From: Dehalococcoidales bacterium
Lineage (GTDB): Bacteria; Chloroflexota; Dehalococcoidia; Dehalococcoidales; UBA5760
Assembly (NCBI GenBank): GCA_034414575.1
Contig: DAOULZ010000012.1
Location: forward strand, 3,035 to 67,034
DNA: 64,000 bases
Direction of reading: 5' to 3'
A model generated the notes under the pieces. That model was not told where the DNA came from, ran no database searches, and saw only the letters and a program-made list of their open reading frames with translations. The position numbers were made by a program, and so were the translations under genes. Shown here in pieces: positions 55,038 to 64,000 of this stretch (the first letter of the stretch is position 1; every line of letters starts with the position of its first letter).

Positions 55038-56963
55038 ATGAAAACGTGGATTTGTACCACTCTGGCCAATTTTTATGCTCCGTTTCTGGGTGCGGCGAGA
55101 GTCTATGCATATGTCAAAAAACAGGGCCACGATATTCATTTTAGGGATCTCAATCAAGATGCGTATTTCGCTCTTTTATCCAGAGACTACCTAGAGCCCG
55201 CCTTGGAAAGAGTAGGGTATGCCATCGATTCAGTGTCCAGGAACCGGTTTCTCCGGGAGGACCTGGGGGCCATATTGCTCCATAGCTCAGACAATGCCAT
55301 GAGACAACTGGTGACCAAGGGGATGCTCTTGCATATGCCCTGGTATAAGTATGTGAAAAGGGCCGGCATTCTGAAAAAACCTCTATTCAATATCGCTACC
55401 TCCAAGGTAAAAGCCGATAATATTCTCTATGCCCTGCTCAGCGAGAAGGAATTTGTTCTTTCTGAGATTGAGCGTAGTCGAAAGGTTCTTGACGAAAAGT
55501 TCTTCAGCCTTGACCCGGACAGCTTTGTGGAGCATTTCTATGCGCTTCTATGCGGTAAGGCCATAATGGATGCGGCTTATTTCCCGGCCCAGTTGGACTT
55601 AGGGCTTGGTTTCTACGGTACGGCCTATAGCCCGCGTACCAGTGATATACTTCGTGCCGTAGAAGACGAGAGATACAATTTTCTTATTCCCTATTACCGC
55701 AGCGAAGTGATACCCTCGCTGAGTGAAGAACGTCCTGGCCTCGTTGGAATTTCCATAACCTGTATGTTTGAACTCATACCCGCCCTTACCCTGGCGCATA
55801 TGATAAAAGCCGTTGATCCTAAAATACACATAGCATTAGGGGGTGTCCTCGTCACAGAACTGGCCGACCGGATTGCTAAGAATTCTCCGTTATGGAACTT
55901 GTTTGATAGCTTGGTGTTGGGTCCGGGTGAGCGTGTTTTTAGTGAGCTGATTGGATGCGTTGAGAAAAAAGCAGATCTATCAGCAGTGCCAAATATCATC
56001 TACAAGAATAAAGATTCTATCAAAATGAGTGACAAGCTCCACGAATTTGATATAAACGAAGCCGCTACCCCAGAGTTTGGTTCCGTACGCCCAAAGAGTG
56101 GCTTGCCTCTTGAGACAGCCAGCGGCTGTTACTGGGGTAGATGCATTTTTTGTTATTACCCGAAACAGGGAACGGCTAGTCTTGATTCCAAGCATAGAAA
56201 GAAGCGCGTACGTGATATCGAGTTGGTTATCAGCGACATCAGGGAACTGCAGGATAGGTATGACCCTCTTGCTATCGGAATTACTGATTCCGCTCTGCAC
56301 CCCAAGCGAATTGAGGCAATTGCTGAAGATAACCTGCGCAATGGGAAAAAGGTAAAGTTCTTCAGCCTTTTTCGCTTCGAGAAAGCGTTCAAGTCAAAGG
56401 CATTCTGTCGCAAGCTGGCAGAGGGTGGATTCTTGGGCGGGTATGTAGGCTTGGAATCGGGGTCACAGCGGGTGAACAATGACATCATCAATAAAGGGGT
56501 TAAACTCAGCGATGCCGAGATAATTATTAAGAACTTCTATGATGCGGGGCTCCTGCTGCACATTACCAGCATTGTAGGTATGCCCGGAGAAACAGAGGCA
56601 GAAGCCTTAATGACCTATGACTTTTTTAAACGCTGGCATCGATGGCTGAAATTAGACTGGCAGGTATACCCTCTTTATGTGTTAGAGCAGAGCCCCCTTG
56701 CTCACCAAGCCTCTGAATTGGGCCTCAAAGTTATGCCGCTGCCGGACGATTTTCTGGTGGAGTCAATGTTATACCGGTTGGAAAGTGGGTTATCTCAAGA
56801 GGAGAGCATGAGTTTATCAATAAGCTTCACTGAGAAACTGAGACGCTTCATGCATCCGCTGAATCAAATTATGGATATTGAATCGCTCAAAATATTCCTC
56901 TTAGCACAAATGGCTAAAGGTATTCCGCCAGATAAAGTGAGAAAAGTAGGCTTAAGAGTGTGA
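55038..56963 (+). CDS. B12-binding-domain radical SAM protein
   Basis: Start at the ATG after AAGGGGGG. A Rossmann-like N-terminal domain is followed by the cluster motif GCYWGRCIFCYY and a downstream GLESGS segment. Confidence 0.8.
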   Translation: MKTWICTTLANFYAPFLGAARVYAYVKKQGHDIHFRDLNQDAYFALLSRDYLEPALERVGYAIDSVSRNRFLREDLGAILLHSSDNAMRQLVTKGMLLHMPWYKYVKRAGILKKPLFNIATSKVKADNILYALLSEKEFVLSEIERSRKVLDEKFFSLDPDSFVEHFYALLCGKAIMDAAYFPAQLDLGLGFYGTAYSPRTSDILRAVEDERYNFLIPYYRSEVIPSLSEERPGLVGISITCMFELIPALTLAHMIKAVDPKIHIALGGVLVTELADRIAKNSPLWNLFDSLVLGPGERVFSELIGCVEKKADLSAVPNIIYKNKDSIKMSDKLHEFDINEAATPEFGSVRPKSGLPLETASGCYWGRCIFCYYPKQGTASLDSKHRKKRVRDIELVISDIRELQDRYDPLAIGITDSALHPKRIEAIAEDNLRNGKKVKFFSLFRFEKAFKSKAFCRKLAEGGFLGGYVGLESGSQRVNNDIINKGVKLSDAEIIIKNFYDAGLLLHITSIVGMPGETEAEALMTYDFFKRWHRWLKLDWQVYPLYVLEQSPLAHQASELGLKVMPLPDDFLVESMLYRLESGLSQEESMSLSISFTEKLRRFMHPLNQIMDIESLKIFLLAQMAKGIPPDKVRKVGLRV

Positions 56964-57327
56964 ACCCTGGTACACCCCAGTTGATAGTTGGTGTGATACT
57001 GTAGTCTAAGCGTTATATAAGAGATACCATAAACCGTACGCCTTCAAAGCGCACTGAGAGACACCCAAGATTTGAATTCAGGTCATTACTCTTGTGGTGT
57101 TGCGTCCCCTTATTGTTAAACTGCTCCTGAGGCAATCACCAAGGCAAGTCTAACTTGGAAGGTATGGCCACTATTGGGAGGCGGGTCGCAAGCAGCTAGT
57201 TCTATTTTGTAGCTATAGATCTAGTGATCAGGCTAGGTCTTCACCTCATAGTTGATTACGTTTAATCCCGTTGCATCCCGTTGCATCATTGCCAGGCCTT
57301 GATAAGCATCCCCAGACCAAGGTGCTA

Positions 57328-57356
57328 TTGACAAGCCTAGAGCCATAAGGCATAAT
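57328..57356 (+). promoter_or_regulatory. sigma70-type promoter upstream of the GGDEF/HD-GYP gene
   Basis: TTGACA (57328-57333), 17 nt, CATAAT (57351-57356). Confidence 0.45.
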
Positions 57357-57399
57357 CTCTAATATACGAAACATTATGTAATGATCAACCGTATCAGGC

Positions 57400-59937
57400 T
57401 TGCGGGTAGTAGCGAGGAATGCGGTTATGAATGTATGGGCAATAATACCTCTAGTTAGTTTTCTACTATTTGCCATCTTGGCGATAGTAGTTCTGCGCCA
57501 GGATAGACGGCGGGTAAATCGGGTATTTGCCCTATTTCTCATTGCCTCCAGCATATGGAGTTTCAGCTCTTTCATGCTGCACCTCAATCCCTATCCTCAA
57601 TATACTCTCCTATTGAGCGAGGTGCTCACCACCACCCTCGTGTGGACAGTAGTTAGTTACTACCATTTCGTCAGGGCTTACAATAATAAACCAGGCGGGT
57701 TAGGCTTATACCTGGGCTATGGTGCTGTATTCACGATCCTGGCGCTGTCTCTAAATGGCTACATAGTAGAGTATGCCTATGTCTTTAACGGGGTCTTATA
57801 CCATAGCATGGGGTCTTCGCTCTACATAATAGGGGGTATTAGTGCTGGCTTCTTAATCACTGCCATCTTAGCGCTAGTTAACCGGTATCGTAGCTCTATT
57901 GACCCCGCCGACCGCAACCGAACTATGTATCTGGTAATCGGCTCTGTGATAGTTATAGTTTCCAGTTATGTGACTAACCTAACCCCGGCTATAGCGGGCA
58001 TGTCTATTGACCACGTTGGTAACATGATCAACGCTGGAATAATCGCCTATGCCATCACGAAGTATCAGCTACTTAACGTTAGATTTGTGGCACGGAAGGT
58101 GCTGGCCTATGCCTTATTGGTTGCCTGCCTCGGCGGTATATATATCGGTCTGCTATTTCTTAGCTATAGATACTTAGCTTCCCAACCGGCATATATCTCC
58201 CTCATCCATAATAGCGGAGTGGTTATCCTTCTGGCATTTCTGGCTCGCCCCCTGCTGCGTGTAATCGAAAATTGGGTGTACCGCTCCTTTCACTGGGGGA
58301 CATATAAATACCGCCGGGCCCTGATCGACTTCAGTAATAGGATGAGCCACATCATTAACCTGGATGAACTGGCTAATGAAATGTTAACCACCATAACCAA
58401 GGCGCTCCACTTAACGCAGGCCAAACTTCTCTTTCAGGATTTCAGTAGCGGTGACTTCACTACCCAGTTTGCCCATCCCAAGGTAGAGGGTGAGGAATCA
58501 AAAAACGAGGTTAAATTTAGTGTGGCTAACCCCATAGTGGCCTGGCTCGATAAGAAAGGCGAGCCTCTTAGCTTGGAATCAATTGATAATATGCCCGAGT
58601 TTAAGGGGTTGTGGGAGTCAGAAAAGGAGCAGATAACGGTCTCCAACCTGGGGCTCTTGTGTCCTATTAAAAGTCGGGATCGGCTGATTGGTATCATCGC
58701 CCTGGGCAAAAAAGAAGCGGATACTCTCTACTCTCACGAGGACTTAGATCTGGTGATGAGCTTGGCAAACCAAGCCAGCACGATAATAGAAAATGCCCAG
58801 CTCTATTCTCAAGCGGTGACCAGAGCAAATACGGATGGGCTTACCGGACTTTATAATCACCGTCACTTTCACGAACGTCTCGATCACGAGATTGCCAGAG
58901 GCTCTCGCTTTGGTACTACCTTTTCCTTGATAATGCTGGATATAGACCTCTTCAAGGCCTACAACGATATTCACGGGCATCTGGCTGGAGATGAAATTCT
59001 GCGCCGGATCGCGGTTTGCATTAATACGTCAGTTCGAAGTCTAGATATCGCCTTTCGTTACGGGGGGGAGGAATTCGCGATTATGCTGCCTGAGGCAAGA
59101 CTTGACGACGCTCGCAAGGTGGCCGAGCGCATACGTAAGACCATAGCCGCTAGAACTAGCTCTAAGGCGCCTCCAATTACTGCTAGCCTCGGGATAGCTA
59201 ACTGGCCGATTGATGGGGTTATGAAAGCGGAAATAATCTCCTGTGCCGATGCCGCGTTATACCGGGCTAAACAAACTGGCCGGAATCGAACCTGCTTATC
59301 CTCAGATGTGGTCAAACCAACGACACCCCTGGTCAGTGTTGAGCTTGAGGCACGCTCTAGAGCCCTGAGTATAATCTATGCCCTAGCGGCTACCGTTGAT
59401 GCCAAAGACCACTATACCTATGGACATTCTAAAAAGGTTAGTGATTATGCAGTAGCTCTGGCTGAGGCAATAGGCCTCTCCCAGGAGAGAATAGATACAA
59501 TCCGTGCCGCCGGTCTGCTCCATGACATCGGTAAGGTTGGTATCCCGGATTCGACACTCAACAAGAAGGGGACCTTGAATGATGAGGAGTGGAGATTAAT
59601 TAAGACTCATCCGCAGCTTGGCGTTGAGATACTGAGACATGTCATCGATTTGGTTAATTGCTTGCCGGTTATCTTACATCACCACGAACGTTATGATGGG
59701 AGTGGTTATCCTTCCGGCTTAAAGGGCGCTAATATTCCTCTGGAGGCTCGTATTCTGGCCATAGCCGATGCCTTTGATGCCATTACTTCGCCGCGGCCTT
59801 ACCGGGAGCAACTATCCTCACAGCAGGCCTTTGATGAACTAAGACGCTGCGCTGGAACTCAGTTTGACCCTAAGATAATAGAGGTCTTCTTCAAGGTTGT
59901 TGTGCCGGCTTCACTAAAAAGGTTGGAAATAAAGTAG
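57400..59937 (+). CDS. membrane sensor with 7TM-like N-terminus, GAF, GGDEF (diguanylate cyclase) and HD-GYP (c-di-GMP phosphodiesterase) domains
   Basis: Multiple N-terminal TM helices, a GAF region, RYGGEEFAI (intact GGEEF), and HDIGK ... HHHERYDGSGYP. The true start may be the ATG at 57427. Confidence 0.9.
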   Translation: MRVVARNAVMNVWAIIPLVSFLLFAILAIVVLRQDRRRVNRVFALFLIASSIWSFSSFMLHLNPYPQYTLLLSEVLTTTLVWTVVSYYHFVRAYNNKPGGLGLYLGYGAVFTILALSLNGYIVEYAYVFNGVLYHSMGSSLYIIGGISAGFLITAILALVNRYRSSIDPADRNRTMYLVIGSVIVIVSSYVTNLTPAIAGMSIDHVGNMINAGIIAYAITKYQLLNVRFVARKVLAYALLVACLGGIYIGLLFLSYRYLASQPAYISLIHNSGVVILLAFLARPLLRVIENWVYRSFHWGTYKYRRALIDFSNRMSHIINLDELANEMLTTITKALHLTQAKLLFQDFSSGDFTTQFAHPKVEGEESKNEVKFSVANPIVAWLDKKGEPLSLESIDNMPEFKGLWESEKEQITVSNLGLLCPIKSRDRLIGIIALGKKEADTLYSHEDLDLVMSLANQASTIIENAQLYSQAVTRANTDGLTGLYNHRHFHERLDHEIARGSRFGTTFSLIMLDIDLFKAYNDIHGHLAGDEILRRIAVCINTSVRSLDIAFRYGGEEFAIMLPEARLDDARKVAERIRKTIAARTSSKAPPITASLGIANWPIDGVMKAEIISCADAALYRAKQTGRNRTCLSSDVVKPTTPLVSVELEARSRALSIIYALAATVDAKDHYTYGHSKKVSDYAVALAEAIGLSQERIDTIRAAGLLHDIGKVGIPDSTLNKKGTLNDEEWRLIKTHPQLGVEILRHVIDLVNCLPVILHHHERYDGSGYPSGLKGANIPLEARILAIADAFDAITSPRPYREQLSSQQAFDELRRCAGTQFDPKIIEVFFKVVVPASLKRLEIK

Positions 59938-60035
59938 GCCCGGCGCGGCGAATCTATGAAGAGTTCGAGACCTGCTTTTTGATAGGGCCGCCACCTTTTT
60001 GACAGCTACTTTGTGACTAAAATAGGCGCGATTTT

Positions 60036-60111
60036 GCGGGAGTAACTCAGTTGGTAGAGTCCCTGCCTTCCAAGCAGGTTGTCGCGGGTTCGAGTCCCGT
60101 CTCCCGCTCCA
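60036..60111 (+). tRNA. tRNA-Gly (anticodon TCC)
   Basis: GCGGGAG/CTCCCGC acceptor, AGTTGGTA D loop, CCTGC-CTTCCAA-GCAGG anticodon arm, TTCGAGT T loop and an encoded CCA. Confidence 0.95.
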
Positions 60112-60179
60112 CAAAGCTAGGCGACTACCTGCCTAGGTAGCAGTTGTAAATAAATGAACGGGCCGACCGCAAATGGTAA

Positions 60180-60500
60180 GTGAAGAACAAAGTCGGGACA
60201 ATTGGGCTCCGAGACCTGGTCGACGGTCTGCTATTTTCACTTAAAGCTGAAGGAAAGTCGGTTCGTACTATCACCTATTACCAAGATTTAATTCATCCGC
60301 TACTAGATTATTCTCGGGATAAGGGTTGGTCCGATAATCTTAAATCATTGGATGCACAGAGGATTAAGGAGTTCCTTTCCTGGGTCGGGACCAAATCTTG
60401 TACCACTGTCGCCGGTAACGGGCGGTTGTTCAACTGGGGAGTCGAGGAAGGGTACCTTGAACTGAGTCCTCTCGCCAAGATCCACTTTATGTGGAGCATT
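60180..60500 (+). pseudogene. truncated tyrosine-recombinase/integrase N-terminal fragment
   Basis: The SAM-like N-terminal domain pattern is present (LKAEGKSVRTITYYQDLIHPLLDY ... IKEFLSWV ... LFNWGVEEGYLELSPLAKI). No catalytic domain follows, and the ORF runs into the convergent OYE gene. Confidence 0.65.
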
Positions 60501-60550
60501 CAATGGAGACAAACCAATTTTATCACAGTGCTTTCTCCCGATATCCACAA

Positions 60551-62500
60551 TCATATTTGTCTTCCAGTGTGAGCACCAGCATGAACAGCACCGAGAGTAT
60601 TCTGGGGCTCAACGCAATCTCCGATAGCGTATAGTCCCTCGACTTGCTTTTCTAAGGCTTTAGCTAAAGAATTGTCAGCTTTGTATCCTAAAGCCAGGAC
60701 AATGGCGTCGGCCTTAATGATTTCCTTACTTTGATTCTTGTTTAGGAAAACGGCCTCACCATCCCTTACCTCGTAAAGCATCAGATTCACCCGCACATTG
60801 ACACCATTTGCGCTAAGCATCTCTAGTAAAGCTAGCTTGTGGGCACCTTCGCCATCGGTTGCCACGTCCCCCATCATATCGACGATCGTTATGTTATTCT
60901 TACCTTGTTGAGCCAGAAATAGTGCTGTTTCACAGCCAACATATCCACCACCTACCACCAAGACGTTTTTAGATACTCGTCTCTCACCCCTTAATACATC
61001 TGTGGCAAAGACAACAAAATCTTTATCAATGCCAGGAATTGAAGGCCTAATTGGCTTGGCACCGGTAGCTACTATTACCACATCTGGAGCAAAGGCCTTT
61101 ACATTCTCAATAGTCGCTTCTTTTTTCAGTTTAATTTTCACACCGGCTTTCCTAATTTGGGTCTTCTGCCAACTTGTAAACCACCTTAGCGGCTCTTTAA
61201 AGTCTGGTGCTGAGGCCACATTAAGTTGACCACCGAGCTTATCGTCCTTTTCGAAGATGGTTACATGATGCCTCCGTAAAGCGGCTGCCCTCGCAGCTTC
61301 CATTCCAGCAGGGCCACTACCGATAACCAAAACTCTCTTAGGCTTGATTACTGGCCGAATAGCATATTCTCTCTCACGACCTACTTCGGGATTAATGGAA
61401 CAGGTAATTGTCCACTCATGCCACCAATGATTAAGGCACTCGTTGCAGCCGGTACACCTCAGAATATCTTCAAGGCGACCGTCTTTGATTTTGTTAGGAA
61501 GCTCAGGATCACATAGAAGTGGTCGGCCCATAGAAATCATGTCAGCCTTACCCTCAATAAGAATCCTCTCCATCATTTCTGGGTCAGTCTGGCGACCGAG
61601 AGCCATAACTGGTATACTCATGATCCTCTTCATCCTCTCAGCAAGGTGAACGTTAGGGTTCTTAGACCAATACATCGGCGGGTGGGCATGGTGAGAACTT
61701 TCATATGTGCCTGCCGAACACTCTAGCCAGTTGATACCAGCCTTTTCCAGCTCTTTTCCGAAGACAACTGAGTCGTCCGGAGTAACGCCACCTACTAGGT
61801 ATTCATCAATACTGAGTTTATAACCGATAGGGAAGTCTGGCCCCACTTTTTCACGGATTCTCTTAACAACATCGATACCAAGCCGCATCCGGTTCTCAAG
61901 GCTTCCTCCGTATTTGTCTGTCCTATGATTTTGAAGCGGAGAAAAGAAGCCAAATAGGAGATAGCCGTGGGCACCATGAACTGCTACGGCATCAAACCCT
62001 GCCCATTTTACTCTCATTGCAGCGTTAGCAAAGTTTTCAATGGTTGCCTCAATGTCTTCGAGGCTCATTGCTTCAGGCACTGGGTAAGTATGACCAGTGG
62101 CTGCTTCTCCAGGAAGTGGTATTGGTGATGGGGCTTGGATGGTAGAGGTTCCAGTAAATATGGGGGATGTTTGGCGACCAGCATGAGCAATCTGAAGCGC
62201 GGCTCTGGCACCATTTTCCTTAATAGTCCTTGCTATTCGATTTAGCCCTGGAATTAGCTTATCATGGTAACAGCCAAGCATGGTACCAATATAACCTTTA
62301 CCTTCAGGTTGCACATTGGCAAACTCCACCTGTAACAGACCTACACCCCCCTTAGATCGAGCCGCATAGTGATCTATGTGCCGTTGAGTTACTTCTCCAT
62401 CTATAGTGGCGAAAGCAGTAGAGATAGGGGACATAACCAGCCTATTCTTAACCTCCATAGTGTGGATAGTGATGGGTTCAAACAATTTTGCAAATGCCAT
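60551..62500 (-). CDS. Old-Yellow-Enzyme-family NADH:flavin oxidoreductase fused to FAD/NAD(P)-binding domain (2,4-dienoyl-CoA reductase / enoate reductase-like)
   Basis: OYE TIM barrel (HGAHGYLL.QF.SP..N.RTD.YGGS), a Cys cluster (CTGCNEC...C), then GSGPAGMEAA and GGGYVGCE dinucleotide motifs. Confidence 0.9.
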   Translation of the reverse strand: MAFAKLFEPITIHTMEVKNRLVMSPISTAFATIDGEVTQRHIDHYAARSKGGVGLLQVEFANVQPEGKGYIGTMLGCYHDKLIPGLNRIARTIKENGARAALQIAHAGRQTSPIFTGTSTIQAPSPIPLPGEAATGHTYPVPEAMSLEDIEATIENFANAAMRVKWAGFDAVAVHGAHGYLLFGFFSPLQNHRTDKYGGSLENRMRLGIDVVKRIREKVGPDFPIGYKLSIDEYLVGGVTPDDSVVFGKELEKAGINWLECSAGTYESSHHAHPPMYWSKNPNVHLAERMKRIMSIPVMALGRQTDPEMMERILIEGKADMISMGRPLLCDPELPNKIKDGRLEDILRCTGCNECLNHWWHEWTITCSINPEVGREREYAIRPVIKPKRVLVIGSGPAGMEAARAAALRRHHVTIFEKDDKLGGQLNVASAPDFKEPLRWFTSWQKTQIRKAGVKIKLKKEATIENVKAFAPDVVIVATGAKPIRPSIPGIDKDFVVFATDVLRGERRVSKNVLVVGGGYVGCETALFLAQQGKNNITIVDMMGDVATDGEGAHKLALLEMLSANGVNVRVNLMLYEVRDGEAVFLNKNQSKEIIKADAIVLALGYKADNSLAKALEKQVEGLYAIGDCVEPQNTLGAVHAGAHTGRQI

Positions 62501-62763
62501 TGTGATTAACCTCCTAACTTACTATTAGACAAGTAATACCAAGATTGAGGCGTTTTATTAATTGACTATGCAATTCAGCTATACCTGTAGTAGACATTAT
62601 TATTGCTACCTACGATGCTGCTAAATGAACCGATTGGTGTGGAATCTCTCATAAGCCGCATACTTTACATCACGGGACTCCATGACATTAGCTATCGAGA
62701 GTAATCCCAGCACTCCACCATTTATAGTAAACCATAAGCCGCGCATTAAATCTATAGGAGCTT

Positions 62764-63468
62764 CTACCCCCCTAAATAGACTTTCCTTATGTGATCATCG
62801 CTGAGAAGAGACTGGTAATCTCCTTCAGAGATAATCTCCCCCACCTCCAATACGTAGCTTCTATCAGCAAGACTTAAAGCCATCTGGGCATTCTGTTCGA
62901 CCAAAAGAATGGTTAATCCCAGCCGTTTGAGTTCCTTTAAAGTTCTGGCTACATTGGCCACTACCATCGGGGCCAGCCCTATCGAGGGCTCGTCCACTAA
63001 CAACAGCCTTGGTTTAGACATAAGTGCGCGTCCAATGGTCAGCATCTGCTGCTCTCCGCCACTTAGTGTGCCTGCTTTTTGTTTTCGTCTCTCTTGCAAT
63101 ACTGGAAACAGACTGTAAATATTTTCCAGGTCATCTTTAGTATACTTATCACGACGGGAGTAAGCCCCCATTTCAAGGTTCTCAAACACAGTCATGAAAG
63201 GGAAAAGCCTTCTCCCCTCCATACAAAGCCCAATACTTTGCCTAGCTATCTTCTCTGGGGATAGGCCATCAATTCTTTGACCGTCGAACCAGATTTCACC
63301 GCTAGTTAGGCGGACAAGAGCGGCTATCGCTTTTAGGGTAGTAGTTTTACCAGCACCATTGGAGCCAATGATACTAACTATTTCACCATGATTGACCGTT
63401 ATTGAAACCCCCTTAAGGGCTTCAGCCTTCTCATAATGTACTACTATGTCCTTCACTTCAAGTAGCAT
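62764..63468 (-). CDS. livF: branched-chain amino acid ABC transporter ATP-binding protein (LivF type)
   Basis: Walker A GSNGAGKTT, signature LSGGEQQML and Walker B LLLVDEPS, at the 234-aa LivF length. Confidence 0.85.
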   Translation of the reverse strand: MLLEVKDIVVHYEKAEALKGVSITVNHGEIVSIIGSNGAGKTTTLKAIAALVRLTSGEIWFDGQRIDGLSPEKIARQSIGLCMEGRRLFPFMTVFENLEMGAYSRRDKYTKDDLENIYSLFPVLQERRKQKAGTLSGGEQQMLTIGRALMSKPRLLLVDEPSIGLAPMVVANVARTLKELKRLGLTILLVEQNAQMALSLADRSYVLEVGEIISEGDYQSLLSDDHIRKVYLGG

Positions 63469-64000
63469 ACTCTCCCGGCCTTCCCAGGTACGCTTCTATT
63501 ACATCCTTATTACTCTGGATTTCAGCAGGTGTACCTTCGGCAATTTTCCTACCAAAATTGAGAACTGTGATTCGGTCACAAATCCCCATAACTACCCTCA
63601 TAGTATGTTCTACAAGAAGGATAGTGATTCCTTCTCTCCGTAGTCTTTCGATAAGCCTCACCATGAAGTTGCTTTCCTCTATATTCATACCAGTCACCGG
63701 TTCATCAAGACACAATAGTTTTGGCTCCGTAGCCAAGGCAATCGCCACCCCTAATACTCTCTGGTAGCCATGCGGCAGATTCTTAGCCAATTCATTACTA
63801 ACTGCTTCCAGCCCGACCATTTCTAACAGGTCATCAGCTTTTTGGCGAGCCTCAGTTCCTAATCGTCTCGCTGAAGGTAAACCAAATATATCTCCAGCCA
63901 TGTTAATCTTACTAGGAATATGACATGCCACCTGTATATTCTCAAGTACGGATAGGCTATTGAACAGCCTAGTGGCTTGGAAAATTCGTACCAAACCCTT
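63458..64000 (-). CDS. livG: branched-chain amino acid ABC transporter ATP-binding protein (LivG type), 5' end outside window
   Basis: Q-loop onward is present: signature LPHGYQRVL, Walker B LLCLDEP and the C-terminal LivG-type extension. The frame is open to the window edge and Walker A is not in the window. Confidence 0.8.
   Translation of the reverse strand, partial: KGLVRIFQATRLFNSLSVLENIQVACHIPSKINMAGDIFGLPSARRLGTEARQKADDLLEMVGLEAVSNELAKNLPHGYQRVLGVAIALATEPKLLCLDEPVTGMNIEESNFMVRLIERLRREGITILLVEHTMRVVMGICDRITVLNFGRKIAEGTPAEIQSNKDVIEAYLGRPGEYAT

Noticed and set aside
57265-57287. Short tandem repeat (ATCCCGTTGC x 2.3) considered as a possible CRISPR or array fragment
   Set aside because: There are only two and a bit contiguous 10-bp units with no spacers. 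No repeat-spacer architecture exists anywhere in the window, so this is not a CRISPR array.
59914-60114. 66-aa minus-strand ORF
   Set aside because: It overlaps tRNA-Gly(TCC) on the opposite strand. Its translation (..RDSNPRQ..AGTLPTEL) is the familiar artefact of reading through a tRNA gene.

Overview
This 64-kb bacterial chromosomal segment is gene-dense, with about 60 supportable CDSs, two tRNA-Gly genes and one degenerate tRNA-like element. I saw no rRNA and no CRISPR array. The protein sequences and a secretin-less pilus locus suggest a monoderm Chloroflexota/Dehalococcoidia-like organism, but that is a guess I cannot verify. Layout: (1) 1-18.4 kb is housekeeping: a RecB-family nuclease fragment, trxA, dnaE, two tandem radC paralogues, ogt, hpf, comF, thpR, L25/Ctc, an ABC-2 exporter, a tandem USP and an ArsA/Get3-like ATPase. 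(2) 18.4-27.3 kb is a visibly AT-richer patchwork accessory region around tRNA-Gly(CCC). It holds a multiply frameshifted integrase relic, a transglutaminase-like lipoprotein, orphan membrane and secreted proteins, a serpin, a degenerate tRNA-like element and an IS1595-family transposase. (3) 27.6-33.3 kb holds a DhnA/LsrF-type aldolase, a Zn-ADH, a stand-alone lipoyl-domain ORF followed by the wreck of an E2 acyltransferase, then lpdA-lipB-lipA. (4) 33.6-35.2 kb is a large surface protein. (5) 36.1-49.9 kb is a complete type IV pilus locus: pilB, pilC, two minor pilins, a PilX-like giant, a PilO-like protein, a PilM-PilN fusion, pilT, a divergent major pilin and pilD, preceded by an Asp-less LuxR pseudo-receiver. 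(6) 51.5-57.0 kb is a co-directional cluster of ICMT-like methyltransferase, GH3-like adenylating enzyme, FabF and B12-radical-SAM. (7) The remainder is a 7TM-GAF-GGDEF-HD-GYP protein, tRNA-Gly(TCC) with a second integrase relic, an OYE/FadH-like flavoprotein and livF/livG. The most novel-looking signal is a roughly 110-aa degenerate PD-(D/E)XK (NucS/Hjc-like) domain. It occurs twice at the N-terminus of PilB and twice in a multi-zinc-ribbon protein encoded next to the major pilin. I do not recognise it as a described pilus-regulatory module.
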